Shown: in pieces, positions 50,401 through 64,000 of the stretch
Numbering within the stretch: position 1 is the stretch's first letter
Layout of the letters: every line of letters begins with the position of its first letter
Source of the DNA: Takakia lepidozioides
Taxonomy: Eukaryota > Plantae > Bryophyta
Reading direction: 5' to 3'
Assembly (NCBI GenBank): GCA_030704615.1
Contig: CM060731.1
Location: 89,218,001-89,282,000, forward strand
DNA length: 64,000 bases
Program-made: the position numbers and the translations under genes
The notes under the pieces: model-generated
Told to the model about the DNA's origin: nothing
The model's database searches: none
Seen by the model: the letters and a program-made list of their open reading frames with translations, nothing else

Positions 50401-52001
50401 AACTGTAGAGAATAGAGTTACCTACCTTCTGATAGCATCATCTTCACTTAGCCCTAGCCCAAAAACTCCTGGAATGGGCAGGCGTCCAAATATGGGTTTT
50501 CATGCATCCTTTCACAGGCTGCTTTTGGGCAGGGAACATCTGAATGGGCACAACTATTTCTTGCATTATTCTTCCGACGGAAGGTCGTTATTGCAGGAAT
50601 ATAGGCAGTAACCGTATCCAGCGGCAAAAGTACGACTCTGTAGCTCAAGCCTGTATCCATGAGGTGACTCGGATGAAGCTTTTCTAATGCTGTCATTCCA
50701 TCACCCCGAATCTGCCGGCGATGGACAAGTCAAATATCACGAGACAACTCGCAGACAAACTGTGGATGATCCCGTGTCGCACCACACACGAACAAAGCAC
50801 ACGATAAAAGAGACGAAGGGCCGGCAACTTAAGTAGGGAGCACACAAAGTCCAAGCGTTGCCGCGTGCCAAAGTCAGGCGGCATCCCGTGTGCGGGCGGC
50901 AGTATACGTACGTTCTAGCTACGGAGTATCGGGTCCCGTATCCATACAGAGGCCACGCAAAGCTCGTCGCCGTCCGTTCCGCGACGGCCGTGGCACGGAA
51001 AGAGACGGACGACGGCAACAGTAGCGTCGGTTAACGTCAGGCGGACGTATCCGTTGGAATTCAGACGTACGTCGCCGCGGAGGGAGAAAGGCTTCGGTTT
51101 GACCAGCCTTAGTAAACCTGTAGGCTGCAGACGCGGAGGAAGGTGCCTCCCAACAGTTGCACGACAAGACAATCGTTGTTTATGTACTAGAGAACGCGCC
51201 CCCTAGGCCGCATTATGGCTCCTAGTGAGTCACTAGGGCGAGCCCGGATTGGCCCTGATTGGCTGCAGGCCATAATGAGCCATTAAAAGTCAAACAGCCG
51301 ATTATGGCAGTCAAACAGCCGATTAGGAATGCAGAAAGCGCCAGCGCCGTGGAGCGTCGATCTTCTGCATTTTAATTTGCCTCAAAAAAGGCAGAATCTG
51401 ATCCTTTACGTTATGGTTTGCCGAAATATACACTAGGCCGGTGATGCCTGCCGGATGATGCATGTGATTTTGATGGAAAGTTCGTGAGTGGGGATGGGTG
51501 AGGAGACTGATGTCCAGGCGTTTCTGACGGTCAAGGCAAGGGATATGGCAGATACGCTGTAAACGATGCTCACCAAATTGGGGGAGGACGAAAGTTCATG
51601 GCAGAGAGGAATGCTGGCGAGGACAAGAAGGGACGGCTGTCGCTTGGACTATTTAATAGCGGCCTGTGCCTCTAATTCCCTACCATGCTCACCTCTCTCC
51701 GCTCTACATCTGATCTGCCAGCTTCATTCCAGCCTCCTTGCAGTGCTGGGTTTGTGTACCCTCGTGTAAGATTAGAAAGTCGCGGGTAATCAGCTTAACT
51801 AAGGCGATTCAATAAGGGGATATCGTGATCTGATTACATTAAGGACTCCCCACCAGCACTGGGATAAGGGAAGGAAGAAGAGAGAGAGATCGGTAAAGGC
51901 TTGAGCAACTTGAAATCCACTGTGGGTTACCGTCTCCAGATCTTGGAAGAGCTTCACGTGCCAGGTGTGGAAATTAGTCTAAGAAAATTATAAGTTCAGG
52001 T

Positions 52002-53330
52002 ATGGCGGCAGCGCAGGGAAGAGGCAATGCTAGGAGTGTTCTCATACTTCTGGGATTGCTGGTATTTTTGCAAGGAGCGATGGCTACAGACTTCGTAGTC
52101 GGCGGATCCAATGTAACTTGGATTATTCCTGGCCAAGACTCTCTAAGTAACACTTATTACGATTCTTGGTCAAAAAACCAAACATTCCATGTTGGGGACA
52201 ATCTAGGTATGTCTGACGCCGAACTCAGCTTGCTATATTGGTTGCCACATCGCGCCTTTTAATCTATTTGAGATGTTACGTCCACTCGTAAGTGGGTTCT
52301 TTTGTGCTGGTCTGACGTACGTAAGGAATTCATCGGTGGAGCACACCGAGAGCACACCAAAAGTCCTTGGAAATGCTCAGGGCCCGTACGTGTAGCACTG
52401 GTTGCGGGAAATGCATCGATATATGGTAGATGGCTTCAAAGTCTTGTTCCTGTATTCATCCAGGGCCATCTGACAAGATTCTGTCTTGAATTACGACATC
52501 TGGAAGACTCGTGTTCAATGGCAGGCCATAAGGCCGAAAGAGCTCCAGATGGTAGTTCCCCTGAGGTATTGCAAGGCCTTTAGAAATACTCATGGAATTT
52601 GCGATTTGTCACAGCTGGTCATGCTACAAAGGTAACCTGCCTCAGGTGAAGGCGTGGGCAAGTTTGCTTCAAACTGTACTAACCAAGTGGCTAATTTATT
52701 CACATGCTATTTCCTTCTAGAGGGCTGTGGTGAATTCCAGCAGAATATGGTTCTAGGGGTTGGGTAAGACCGAAAGTTCTAAAGCGACATTTATCACATG
52801 CTTTGTGACTACATCGACATGTGAACACTTGATACATTGTCTGAATGTTGCAGAAGTTACTTGTTACGATCTAGTATGTAAACATGAGGGATCAGGACGT
52901 TTCTTAGGAAGTTACACGATGATGCTTGAAAATCTCGCGCGTACTTTCTAACCACTGTTCAATGTATCGTGCAGTCTTTACATATCGAAGTGCCGGGCAC
53001 AATGTCTATGAAGTGACCGATTTAAACTACAAGAGTTGTAATGCAACCGCCATCAAGAAATACACATCAGGAAACGACACGATTGCATTATCCAAGACGG
53101 GCACCTTCTACTACCTGTGTGGAGTACCTGGTCACTGTTCTGCTGGCATGAAACTCGCCGTCACGGTTGTTTCCAGCTCCGGGGCCCCGAGTCCTGGTCC
53201 CGCTACTTCAGCTGCAACCCCCGGCCCTTCGGCGGTTCCTCCCAGTTCCTCTGGGGCAAGTGGTGTGCAATCTGCTGCAGGCATGTTTGTGGCAGCTGCT
53301 GTTTTGGCTGGTTCTGCACTTTTCTGGTAA
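52002..53330 (+). CDS. Uclacyanin-like phytocyanin (blue copper protein), 186 aa, exons 52002-52206 and 52975-53330
   Basis: Signal peptide; FVVGG..W..FHVGDNL|VFTY..HNVYEV..C..FYYLCGVPGHCSAGMKL (His/Cys/His/Met ligands); AP/SP-rich tail and hydrophobic GPI-like end; GT-AG intron. Confidence 0.93.
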
Positions 53331-55552
53331 GCTAAGTGGCAGATCAGGGCGACCCATGTCACCGCACAGCTTGCTATGGCCCCTTAAATTACATCTCTTG
53401 CTTGACACGTTTTTTCAAGCTTCTCACAGTCGACATGAGCGTACATGGAAGCGGTGTCCAGATCAGTTGAAGCCCGAGGTTGGATACTGGATGGATCTGT
53501 GTTCGGCACGCCAGTCAGTGTAGTATGCACGTAATTTACATATATCATTGTGTTTGATGTCCAGCCACTTCTCAAAAATTTAGGTCTCCATCTGGAATGT
53601 TGTAGAGCTTTCCAGGTTCGTGATTGCGAAGCTTCATGGCGGCTTCGAGAGTCTCTTTCAGACTTCAGCTATTTACTTGTATTCATCAGCTCGCTTAAAT
53701 TTATCTTTCCAAGTACTATTGCCTCCAGCTGTGGTTTTCTGGCTATGTTTCCCCTGCTTTTCGATTCGATGTTCACTCCATTGTTACTAGATCCAACCTG
53801 GGATCAAGCTGCACGATAGATAAGCTTCATCTACTTAAGATCAGCAAGCTGTACCTAGGTTAGTACACATATTGAGATCTCCGAGCTCCCGAACATGCAT
53901 GGCGTTCCACAAGGATTCTAATGTACATGGAAATTTTAGGAGCCAGACACATGATGTCTTGAGATACATCTAGATAGCATTGTATGCAAGTTTTGTCTCA
54001 ACCAACTCTCGAAGTGATTTTTTATTTCTGGACATTCAGAATCATAATGTCAAAAGTTCAAGAGACTAGCCTACGTGGAGTTGTCCAAAAGCCTTTATAA
54101 GGACGCTTGATTCTTGGCGTGCCATCTGGTGCTTGTTTACGAACTCCGCTGGAAGTCCTTCCTTGACCTAAATTTGAAATAAGTGAGAATTTGAATATTC
54201 CATACTAGACATAGGATGCGAGTTTATGTTTGCAGGCTGATGGAGAGGAATGAAATTGGTGATCCTACAAACAAGAAGACTGATCAGTAGCCTGCCAGAG
54301 CCTGATCACTAGTGGCTTTTACAAAATCATGTGGAAGTTAGCATCGAACATTGAACCTGTACACATTCACTATTGAGCTAAGAATTCTTGTTCCAATCCC
54401 ACTGCAAGTCGCTGGCTCATTTGGTAACTAGACAGGATGGTACGCCGGTATGTCAAATCTTCCCCACCATCTTTGAGAGTGACGTGGAACTGAAGGAGTG
54501 TAAACTCCAGTCGGGATTATGGGATATGCTGGGTGGGGAGTGTCTAACTCCACTTGGGGTTACACTGAGTTACACTTCACTCGGTGCAACCCACACTAAG
54601 TCCACAAATTTGGCAAAGTATAAAATGGATAAGGAAGTGTTACACACGAGACACCAGGGTTATAGGGGGCTACACCGGTTGGGGTAAAGGTAGCCAGATT
54701 ACACTACAATAGCCTCCTGTCAAGAAACGACCCCAAAATCTTGCCACCCGCACTGTAATCACCTTACCAACACGCTACTCATATAGCGTGACTCCCTCCT
54801 GCATTTTTAAGTATTTAATAGTGAAACCGAGGTAAGAGGGGTTGGGGAGGATTTGACAGGGACCCCGCCGGAGGAGCCCAGGCTGCCCAAACCCGGCGAG
54901 AGTACCATCGGATGGCACGAGTGCATTAAGTTCTTACCTTATTATTCCTAGTGTCCTCCCTGGAGTCTAGCCAGATATTCGTAAAGCTACCACGTGGCAC
55001 ACAACATGTGGCTTCTCTGTCAGAAAAGGGCACGTATAAAGTTCGTTCGTCCGTTCGTTCGTGTCCCAGCCTTGCTCCCAGCTGTTCGGAAGGCTTTCCT
55101 CCAAGATGGCGTGCCACTGCGCTGGGGTTTCCTGGTAGCCTGTAGGGCAGATTCTTGTGCTTCCTTGTTCATCAATGCTATGTTCTGATTCCTATTCTGG
55201 GATATTTGTCCCATACGAATTTTTCAGGGAGATCGTCTGCTTCCCAGGTAAGATTTGTCTGGTTTCTATGTCGGCAAGTCATTTCTCAACATGCATTGCA
55301 TCACAGCGCATGACGAGAATTTTAAGCTACAAGGCTTTCCGAGGTTGACTTGTTTTTCCCTCTCATCAAAGATTCTTCTTTGTTCTCATTTATCTTTGTT
55401 CGTTCTCCCTCTCATCTATCATTTGTACGCTCTGTGACATTTTGCAGTGTGCATCCAGGGTTTTTCTCGGAGGATACTGAAAGGAAGATTTGTATAACAT
55501 TCCCAAGATTGAAGGTCATATTCCTTGGAGTGGTGGTGCGCTGGGGCTCTGG

Positions 55553-56104
55553 ATGGCATCATTAGGGATTGCTGCGGGCACTTTGACGAGTTGTAATTGC
55601 ATCACAAGGGATCTTCTTTTACTCGGTGGAAATGGCGTCAAGCTAGCTTATCATTTGGTTGACAACAAATTTTCTTCTGTAAGTGCAGTTCAATGTCGAT
55701 TGAACGCACATGAAAAAGCACCAGGGAGGCCTACTGTCAAAGATGCTGTGGATTTGAGTTCGAGTGCTGTGAATGCAACTTCTGAAGTGATACCCGAAGC
55801 TCCCACAGCAAGTCCTCCGTGCGAGAGCCTTGCATCCTCTACTACAGATATTCTTGCTTCGAAAAAGCAGACGTCTAAGAGCTCAAAACCTGATGCCTCT
55901 GGCCGAGAACTCCAGAAAGTGCTTATGCAAAGGCTGAAACTGGACAAGCTCATGGACGAGCTGGTGGGGTTCATGGCTCCGCGCGACCATGGAGATATCA
56001 GGGATGTGATTTTGATGAGCCTTTCATTCGCCGTGCTTGTGTACATCTCACAGCGCCTTGTGTGTGCTTACTTTGTTCTCCGACACATGACGCAAAGCTT
56101 CTAG
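55553..56104 (+). CDS. Unknown plant protein, 183 aa, transit-peptide-like N-terminus and C-terminal TM segment
   Basis: MASL start; C-terminal FMAPRDHGDIRDVILMSLSFAVLVYISQRLVCAY; putative 5'UTR intron 55248-55447; CACGTGGC G-box at ~54991. Confidence 0.75.
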   Translation: MASLGIAAGTLTSCNCITRDLLLLGGNGVKLAYHLVDNKFSSVSAVQCRLNAHEKAPGRPTVKDAVDLSSSAVNATSEVIPEAPTASPPCESLASSTTDILASKKQTSKSSKPDASGRELQKVLMQRLKLDKLMDELVGFMAPRDHGDIRDVILMSLSFAVLVYISQRLVCAYFVLRHMTQSF

Positions 56105-58259
56105 CTTTGTTTCCTTGTACTATGATTTAAGGTGGCTTCATTGGCTCGCCCCAATGCATCTGTTGAGTTCTTTCTATCCATTTTTCACGTTTAGAGTTTC
56201 AAATACGGCCAATTGTGTTTCAGGATAAGTTTAGTACGTGTTTCATACAGCCAAATGACCGGTGTAAAAATAGCTAGTTTTATGGATAGAGAAGATGCCC
56301 CCAATCTGCAAGGGAGAGTGGGCCTGGTTCTTTGCTGGGAAGGAATGATAAAGCGAATGTTCAAGAAAGCTTGGATTTGTAGAAAGTTTGTGGCCCCATT
56401 TTTTGCCAGTTTAGCTCTTTGAGAACTTAAGGTTCTACTGTACAGAAAGATCTGTATGAGGTGACAGTTCTTATCTCTGACTGTGATAACGTTTGAAGGA
56501 TGGACAAACAAATTTGTATGTCAGGTGTGGTTGGCAGACCTGGCTCATAGTATACATTTGATCTCTCTCTCTCTCTCTCTCTCTCTTTTAATATGCCGCA
56601 AGGCAATGCCAAATAACTTCTTATGAGTACATTCTCTCTTTTAGTATTCTGGTAATTGTAAATCCCATGGCCTGCTTAGGGCGATTTCCTTTGGGGTCTA
56701 TGTCTATCCAATACGCACGGCTATGTGTCTTATTTTCTGTTGGTCAACCTGCTGAAGTCACATGTATTTGCAATTGATAAGTGCTACAGGAAGTGGACAC
56801 AACCTTGAACACAGATTACATCACCTAAGGAATAACAGCATCTACGCAAGGCTGGATTGTGGATGATGTTCAAGAGGCATTGATGTTGGACTTACACAGT
56901 GAGGCTGAGTTGAGGAGCAGTATGTCAGTAGCGTTATATGGTGTTCCCCTTGGCGAGTGGTATGTTTGTAAAAATGGATTTGCAGATTGTGATAAGGTGA
57001 CTTACGAATCTCAAGGTTTACTTGTTCCACAGTTGTGACTTGGACTTCACTATGAGTGCGTGTCTGTTTTGGTTTCACCAAGAGTTCTGGAAAATCTGAG
57101 TTTTAGGTGTGGGTATTTGCAAAAAAGGATCCTGGGTCTTATAGAGGCTGTCAATATTCCTTTGTGGATTGAAGTCACTTTGTCGTAAGAGGAGGTCAGG
57201 CTAGGCGGTTTTTCTCAAAAGTGCTTTGATGGTCGACTGTCCTCTAGCTTCCTTGCCATTGCTTTTGTCACTTTCATGTGATGTGCGCTCCTCTATCACA
57301 CCTATCCCGGATTTCATCACAATGTTAAAGACATCCAGCCAAATCTAAGATAGCACCATACAGCTGTCTTCTTGGCTATGGAAGGAGGGAGAGGGAGAGA
57401 TTTTTCACATGTAAATGGGAAACTGGGCATCCAAGGTATGTTTGTTCCCATGAATCCATTACTCTCCTTTGAAGTTCCTTTGCTACCAGTAGAGTAGTGG
57501 CGGACTCATTGAGAAAAGCCAAACAGTTTAGGGTACTAGTGTAGATAGATGCAGAGGAAGAGACAAAATACAGGATGACAAGGATGTGTGGTGACTTGCT
57601 TCCGTATTCCCAGCAGCCAGAGCACCAGCATGGCTGGGCCATGTTGGCAGCTATGGCTGGAGTCTTCCTTGGAACACCAAGGCGCAGGACCTTCCCACAA
57701 TAGATCAGTGACAACTGCTCTTGTGTGTTTCTGGCTATGGAGACCCCTACCCCTGTATTGAGATCAAGTTGGTGAAACAGTTCTGACCTTGAATTTCATC
57801 TAATGCTGGTACCGCGAAAGCTGGTTTGTCCTCTTTTGAGTGTATTCAATAGTGGACAAGTCTTGAAAACTGGGTTGCCCTGCCTCCTATCAGCCTTCCC
57901 CTCCAGCATTCCATTTGCCTCTATCACAGAGTCTATTTGATGTATTGTGCATGGTCATGCTCTCATCTGCAAAATCATCTAAACACAAAAGATGGTGCAG
58001 AGAGATCAATGTATTCTGCAAGAAGATTGACAGTGCAAGCATAAAACTCATGGATTCAAATGAGTTGTAAAGTGATGCAAAGAAGCAAACGAGTCTAACA
58101 GTTGGACCTAGAGGGCACTTGATAGTCAAGGCATGGTGTATACAAATCGTCAATAGTACATGTTCCACACTATCATCACTCCAACTTGGGTGGCTTCATT
58201 CAGGGGCCCCAGTCTAAACGTAGGGAAGAGACTGCAGAGAGAGAGAGAGGGTGACATGC

Positions 58260-58475
58260 TGCAAAGCACGTCGATGGAGAACGCGTGGGGGTGCCACCGG
58301 AGCTGCATGCGCGCATGCAGCGGACGTGCCACAAAGAGCCATGAACATCGTCCACGTCGACTTGTGCATCCTACAATCAGTTTGGAGCTTGTTAAATGTG
58401 GGCTCTGGACTGGCGTTGGTTGACTGCTGTCAATCGGAAGCTGTAAATCGAAAGCAGGAAGCTTATATATCACAA
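58260..58475 (+). promoter_or_regulatory. Oleosin promoter: ABRE-like ACGT boxes, RY elements and TATA
   Basis: CACGTC (58267, 58353), GCATGCGCGCATGCA (58304-58319), ACGTGCC (58324), TTATATAT (~58463); putative 5'UTR intron 58500-58658. Confidence 0.6.
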
Positions 58476-58683
58476 TCTGGGGCGCAGTTTAGACAAGCGG
58501 TGAGTTATCGGCTCTTCGAATCTCGACTTTCAAGCTTCTCTCTCCTCTCTTGCTATTTCTAGCCCTGAGGGATCTCTTTAAATCCTCAACATTCTCGCTC
58601 TCTCTCTCTCTCTCTTGCTGCCTGGTTTCCTAGAGGTCGAGGTGTGTTGATTTTCCAGGTCTGCTTCCTAATCAGTAAGGAGG

Positions 58684-59504
58684 ATGGATCAAGAGAAGAG
58701 AGATGAGATGTACCACCGGGTGCAGGAGCATACCCCGAATTCTCGCCAGCTTCTGGGGTTGGTGACCCTTCTTGCACTCGGAGGAGTTCTATTGACTGTA
58801 GGGGGGATCACACTCGCGGGGACTGTCATCACCATTCTCCTGGCCACTCCGGTTCTCATTTTCTTCAGCCCAATCCTGATTCCCTTGGCTACAGTGCTGT
58901 TTCTGGGTGTCTCTGGGTTGGTGTCAGCGGGGGCATTTGGATACGTCTGTCTTGCTGGAGCTTCATGGCTCTACAACTACTTCAAGGGACGCAACCCCCC
59001 TGGCTCGGATCAGGTGGGCATGTGGTTTCAAACATCGAACTCACTCGTTTACTTAGGCTTTCTGATTGCGATGCACGACGGTGATATTTTGAAGGTCCAA
59101 GGTGAACAGGAGTATAACTGTTTAACGGATGCATGCTTATCTCCGACATTCGATCTCAGATTGTAGGCCTTACAGTACATGCCATTGCAGGACTGTAGCG
59201 TGCACATCCTTTTGTCTGCTCAGACGTTATTTAAACATCGATAATGTACAATTATATGTCAATTGTAGGATCTATATCTTTTGAACAATTTCCAGTTGTA
59301 TGTACACACCTTCAGTTCTAAAGTACTCACACACACACACACACACATATATATGCTGAATCCTATTGTGTGGTGCAGGTTGAGCATGCCCGTCATCGCC
59401 TTACTGATACCGCCCAGCAACTGAAGCACAGGGCTGCCCAGTATGGATCTAATGCACAGAACACATTGCAGGCTAAAACTGACGCGGTAGCGCCTAGCGC
59501 CTAA
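58684..59504 (+). CDS. Oleosin, 151 aa, exons 58684-59013 and 59379-59504
   Basis: Long hydrophobic hairpin with proline knot PVLIFFSPILIP; WLYNYFKGRNPPGSDQ|VEHARHRL..; ends VAPSA. Confidence 0.95.
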
Positions 59505-60559
59505 GTCGTGTATCTGCGCTCAGTTGGAGAAAAGTTTTCTCCAGTTCTTTCTAGTTCTTGAGGTAATGGACAGGGTAGAGTGGACTCGAATCTCTTCGAC
59601 GGTATTGGAAGTCGAGATATGTTTCTCTTGTCCATGATAGACCGAGCAGCGGTTTAGAATTTAGTGGATTTTGATGCCAGGCTAGATGTCTAGTAGGTTC
59701 TAGATGAAACTTGTCGTGAGAAGATGTACTTGGTAGTTATCCGGTACATGCGGGGTCGTTGAACCGGTAACGTGTGGATTTTAATCTCTGAAATCTTGCG
59801 TTTTGATGATAGAACTTAGTACCATGGCTTAGTCCAGATACGGAACTAATTTCATGATCTAAGCATGCCTGCAAGGTCTCTGATGCATCTTATAGAATGT
59901 AACAGGCCGTTAGGCTAAACAATTAAATTACCTGTTCTTGACATTCACCCATCTTTGTGGTCCTCCTCGAGAATGTCTCTCTCGCTTGCAGCTTCATGAG
60001 GTTCAAAGTTCCATGTATATATGGAGTATGTATGCACCGTGGAAATTTCTGAGTGAAAGGATTTCCGCCATAGCTGCTTCAGCAATGCCGCTTGTATCAA
60101 AAGTTTCTAGCAACATCTTCCGTCTCTAGCTCGATCCCGCTTCAATTGCACATGTCTCTCAGGTTGCTATCTTAAGACTTTGATCTTGTAGACTCTGTAC
60201 CCTGACGATGGTCATCACTCACCATTTCCTAGCAAAGAAAATTATACCACCCATTTCAAAGAACATCACTGATCTATCTCCCATTTGGAAAGTGCAAGTC
60301 TCTTTGATATGTTTCTCTTATGTACTTATCGCAACTTAAACGCATCATCCTCAGGTATATAAGACGCGCCCAGCCAAATCGCCTCGCGACTACTTTTCAT
60401 GTCAAGGGTGGGCTGTGTCATCAAAGCTGCTCAGGCATACAGATAGCGTCTGGATCATACTATCATACTGTACTCAAGAATGCCCTTTCAAATGCTTAAT
60501 GTGTATAGGTCGATTGTAACATGAAGGATAACGGTAGATGCTGAACAGAGCGACAAAGT

Positions 60560-61010
60560 GTGATGCTCAAGAGTAGCTTGAGCCTCTTTCCCTCTGTGGG
60601 TTTTTTTTTTTTGTGAGCAGCACAAAAGAGAGAGGGAGTGAGAGGGAGAGATCATGAAACAAAAAGAAAAAAAAGGAAGGTGAGGGGAGTGACCGAGCAA
60701 CTGCTCCCCCCCCCCCCCCTTTTTTGTTTTTTCTTTGTTGCCCATCTCTCAGTCCCTCTCTCTCCATTTCATCTCTCCCTCTCTCTTTTTAACTTTTTCT
60801 GCACCCTCTCTCCCTTGTGGTTTGTTTATTTTTGTGAGCAGCAAAAAAAGGAGGGAGAGGGAGAGATCAGGAACAAAAAAAAAAAAAAAATGGTGGGGGG
60901 GGAGTGATTGAGTAGGTGGTGCGCAGCAGTAGCTGCTGCTGCTCAATCATTCCCTCCCCCCCCCCACCTTTTTCTTTTTTCTTTGTTGCCCCCTCTTGAG
61001 ACCCCCAACA
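60560..61010. repeat. AG-rich foldback repeat family; contains the empty site of the LINE at 138-853
   Basis: The minus strand reads GAGAGGG-TGCAGAAAAAGTTAAAAAGA-GAGAGGG uninterrupted; poly-G/poly-C hairpins. Confidence 0.8.
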
Positions 61011-61095
61011 CTTGCTGCTATCAGCCCCCGACATGCTTGGTTTTTTTTTGTTTTTGATCTGGAATATAGAGGTTGTTTTCTCATGAGGCAAACTT

Positions 61096-62660
61096 GTGGG
61101 TTTACATGACAGATGCCAGCTTATGAAGAAAGAGAAGAAGTCCCCTGCCCCAAAGAAAAAGGCAGACAATCCGTTTGCTCTGCCGGCACGTGTGACGCGC
61201 CAGGGCATCTCACAGTTTACCAGCCCCGTTGACAGCCGCAACCGGAGGGCTCGTCTGCCCCCCGAGGCCAGTACCCTCCCTCTTGTTCCCATCTTGGATG
61301 CGCCAGGGGCCGGCTCAGCCAGCTCTCCTATTCGGGAGGTTGTTGATGAGCCGGATGCTCAGTTGAGCACACCCCCGGACACCAAGACGGGTGAAATGTA
61401 CCTTGGCAAGCACATCACCCGTTCGGGGGCCCGGTATGAGCAACTTTTGGATGTCACCCCCATAGCGACCCTTTTCTCCGCAGCGAAGGCTGCACTTGCC
61501 AAGGCCCAGGTTCAAGGGCCTTTGAAAGTGGTCATTGCTAGCCCAATGTTGTCGATGAGGGAGGAGGAGACGAGGAGGGCCAATGAAGTGGCCGAGATAG
61601 CGAAGCGCCTCAAAGTAGTCAAGCCGGGTGAGAGCTTCTACCCTGCTACGCATTTGGGGGGGGGGGGGGGGGAGGAGGAGGTATGGGCCAGTTTGGAGCG
61701 GCCTAGCCGATCAGCGACGCCGCCCCTTGAGCCTGAGCGGTCAGCAAAGAAGGGCCTGGACTACGGGGCGTCGCCGCCGGCTATGCTCCACATCTGGAAT
61801 CTACTTCCAGTGGCGCTCCGGGAGGGGATAGTGCGGGCACATCCGGCAACGGGGACTCCTGCCACATCGGGTGACACTGGGGTGAGTCGGACACGCTTGC
61901 AAAGGTACAACTGTCACACCTTGTTCCATGTTTTGTCATTTCCTTTGCATTCATGATTTTCTTTGTTGTTTGTTTCTTTTTTTGAATTTGGGGGGGTTAT
62001 TTGTCTTCAGGAGGCAACAACATGGCTGGCCTCATTGGTGCAGTCCAGTGGGGTTGCCAATGAGGGAGAGCACGTGGTGATCATGAAGGACCCGAACACC
62101 AAAGGTAAGAAGAAGCGGCCTCGACCTCCCGAGGTCCCTTTTACCATCAATGAAGGGGCTGCCGAGGAGAGAGAGAGAGAAGGGAGAGGGAGAAGGAGAT
62201 GGTCGTGGAAAAGGGGAAGGAAAAGAAGAAGAGGAAGAAGAAGTCCCATGGAGAGGAATGGGGTGAGTGCAGGGGAAGGAGGCTACAAAGAAGGGAGAGG
62301 GTGGGAAGAAGAACACATCCTTGGCGATAGAGGACGTGGAGTTGGCAAAGATCGTGGTGCCACCGGTGGAGGTGCATCGCCATAGTGACCCCTACGGTGC
62401 GTTCTGGGAGGCTATGAAGAAGCCAGCCTTCGAACTTGCAATGAGGTGGTTCCTTTTGCACATTGAGTGGGCTGATCAGCACTTTGGCGCGAAGCGGGCG
62501 TATGCCCGTGAGTTAGACCGCCGGTTTCCGGGCAATTGGAATGACACAAGGGTGATGAAGATAGTGGGGCGAAATTTGAAGGACAGGAGGTACCGTGCCG
62601 GACAGATCATTCGGAGGGCAATGGAAAATGGGGCCATACCCAAACCACCTTATGGAATTA
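61096..62660 (+). pseudogene. CACTA TnpA-like/accessory ORF fragments
   Basis: WADQH..K......LDRRFP......MKIVGRNLKDRRYR.....KPPYGIT resembles the TnpA helical region; putative intron ~61882-62010. Confidence 0.4.
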
Positions 62661-63250
62661 CAGGGATGCCTCGGCGTGAGCCTGGTCACGTGAGCGCGTG
62701 AGCGCAACTGCGCTCACGCCACGTCACCTTGCGCAAATGCCACGTCACGGGGCTCACTCCACGTCATCACACGTGAAGGTCGCGTCACCACGCACCCAGA
62801 AAGAAGTGGAGTGTATTCCCGCGAATTGGCACCCTTTACCGCGGAAACAAGCTGGACGACATAATAAAAGGCATTGAATAAAGGATGGATGAATGTACAG
62901 ATGGATGATAAACAAATGGATGAGTGTGAAAAATGAATGTAGATGGATGAATGAGGGATGGATAAGAGTAAAATGGATGAATGTATAATGGATGTTGAGC
63001 AATGACAAAAATTCATGACAGGAAGATGCATGACCAAAACTTTTGACGAATGCACAACGTATATGAAATGAGTGTGGAAGGTTTGTGGGGTGGATTAAAG
63101 AGTACAGAGGATGAATGTACAATGGATGTTGAACAAAGGAAAAAATTCATGAATGGAGCACGCATGAATACAGTGTAGATGAATGCACAATGGATATGAG
63201 AAGAGTCAGGGAGGTTTGTGAGATGGATTCATACATATTGCAATTTAAAT
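62660..63250. repeat. ACGTCA/CACGT cluster and GGATGAATG-rich tandem repeats (transposon subterminal type)
   Basis: CCACGTCA repeated at 62719-62766; GATGAATGTA/ATGGATG units and a ~130-bp duplication at ~62975-63230. Confidence 0.5.
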
Positions 63251-64000
63251 GAAAGTTGATTCTGTGATTATTATTTGTTCTAAAAGAACAACTACGGTGG
63301 AGGAAGGGGATTCAACGTTTTCCAGATAGTATGAAAATGAATATTAAAAGAATACAGTTCAGTCTGACTCAGAGTCAGTACAATGTATCCCCGCTTCCTC
63401 TGCATCTAAGTCTAAGTATTTTAGAACACCGGATCCACGCTGGATACACCTACGGCTGGCCACTTAAAAAGTCAGGGGATAGGGACTCGGCCGCGTGAAG
63501 TGTCATTGCTTCGGCATAAACATGAAGCAGAAAATTGGAAAGGGGGCTGTCGAAAACAGACTCGCCAGAAATGACTGTATCTCCTGAAGATCCACCGCTG
63601 CCTTTCCTGAAAGACAGCCTGAAAAAGTTATTACTGTAACTTTGATGTTATTGAGAAATTGAGTATGGCTCCCAAAGAGGGTTTAGCACTTACTCACATG
63701 AAAAGTCGTTGTCGACCTGCTTATCTTCGGGATCGTCATCATTTTGAATTTGAATCCGATCAGTCTGTGTGCCTGAAGTGGAGCCAGACAAAGGGGGAGG
63801 AGCACTATGTTGTAGAGGTCAGAATCACTCTCCATGCCAAAAAGGCTTCTTCCGCCTGCCTTGCATGCATGGTAAGTTGCTCCTGCACCAGACAGGAGAA
63901 CATGAACAGTTTGGAGGGGGGGATTTAAGCAGATGAAACTGTTGAAAGAAATCCAATTCGGAAGGGAAAAAACGAACCTGTGGACACAGAAAGATCGACC

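Noticed and set aside
56191-58250. Short ORFs between the unknown gene and oleosin
   Set aside because: No recognisable domains or consistent exon structure.

Overview
Eukaryotic plant DNA, most likely an early-diverging land plant (inferred from a moss-type oleosin, PLS-class PPR fragments and a Dualen-like LINE). Positions 1-48 kb are a nest of decayed transposons: LINE 3' fragments, a CACTA-like segment with a SET-domain fragment, a Ty3/gypsy LTR element with extra ORFs, a Pack-CACTA carrying PPR/OSB-PDF gene fragments, a Dualen-like LINE, and a large (>=16 kb) DUF7869-type DNA transposon. The nest has been scrambled by overlapping inversions. Their breakpoints (~18061/34761 and ~21245/42604) can be rejoined to restore reading frames and a TSD. 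The most interesting object is the large DNA transposon. Besides its transposase it carries a spliced ParB-like + beta-class N4/N6-methyltransferase-fold gene, 11 non-coding copies of a CGCGCGATCGCGCG palindrome (candidate parS-like site), an RNA Pol II CTD-like heptad ORF, two FCP1/NIF phosphatase-like domains and a possible Ulp1 protease. Positions 52-59.5 kb hold three intact host genes (uclacyanin-like phytocyanin, a small unknown membrane protein, oleosin). Positions 60.5-63.3 kb are again repeat/CACTA-like. All domain calls are by-eye motif recognition; no searches were run.
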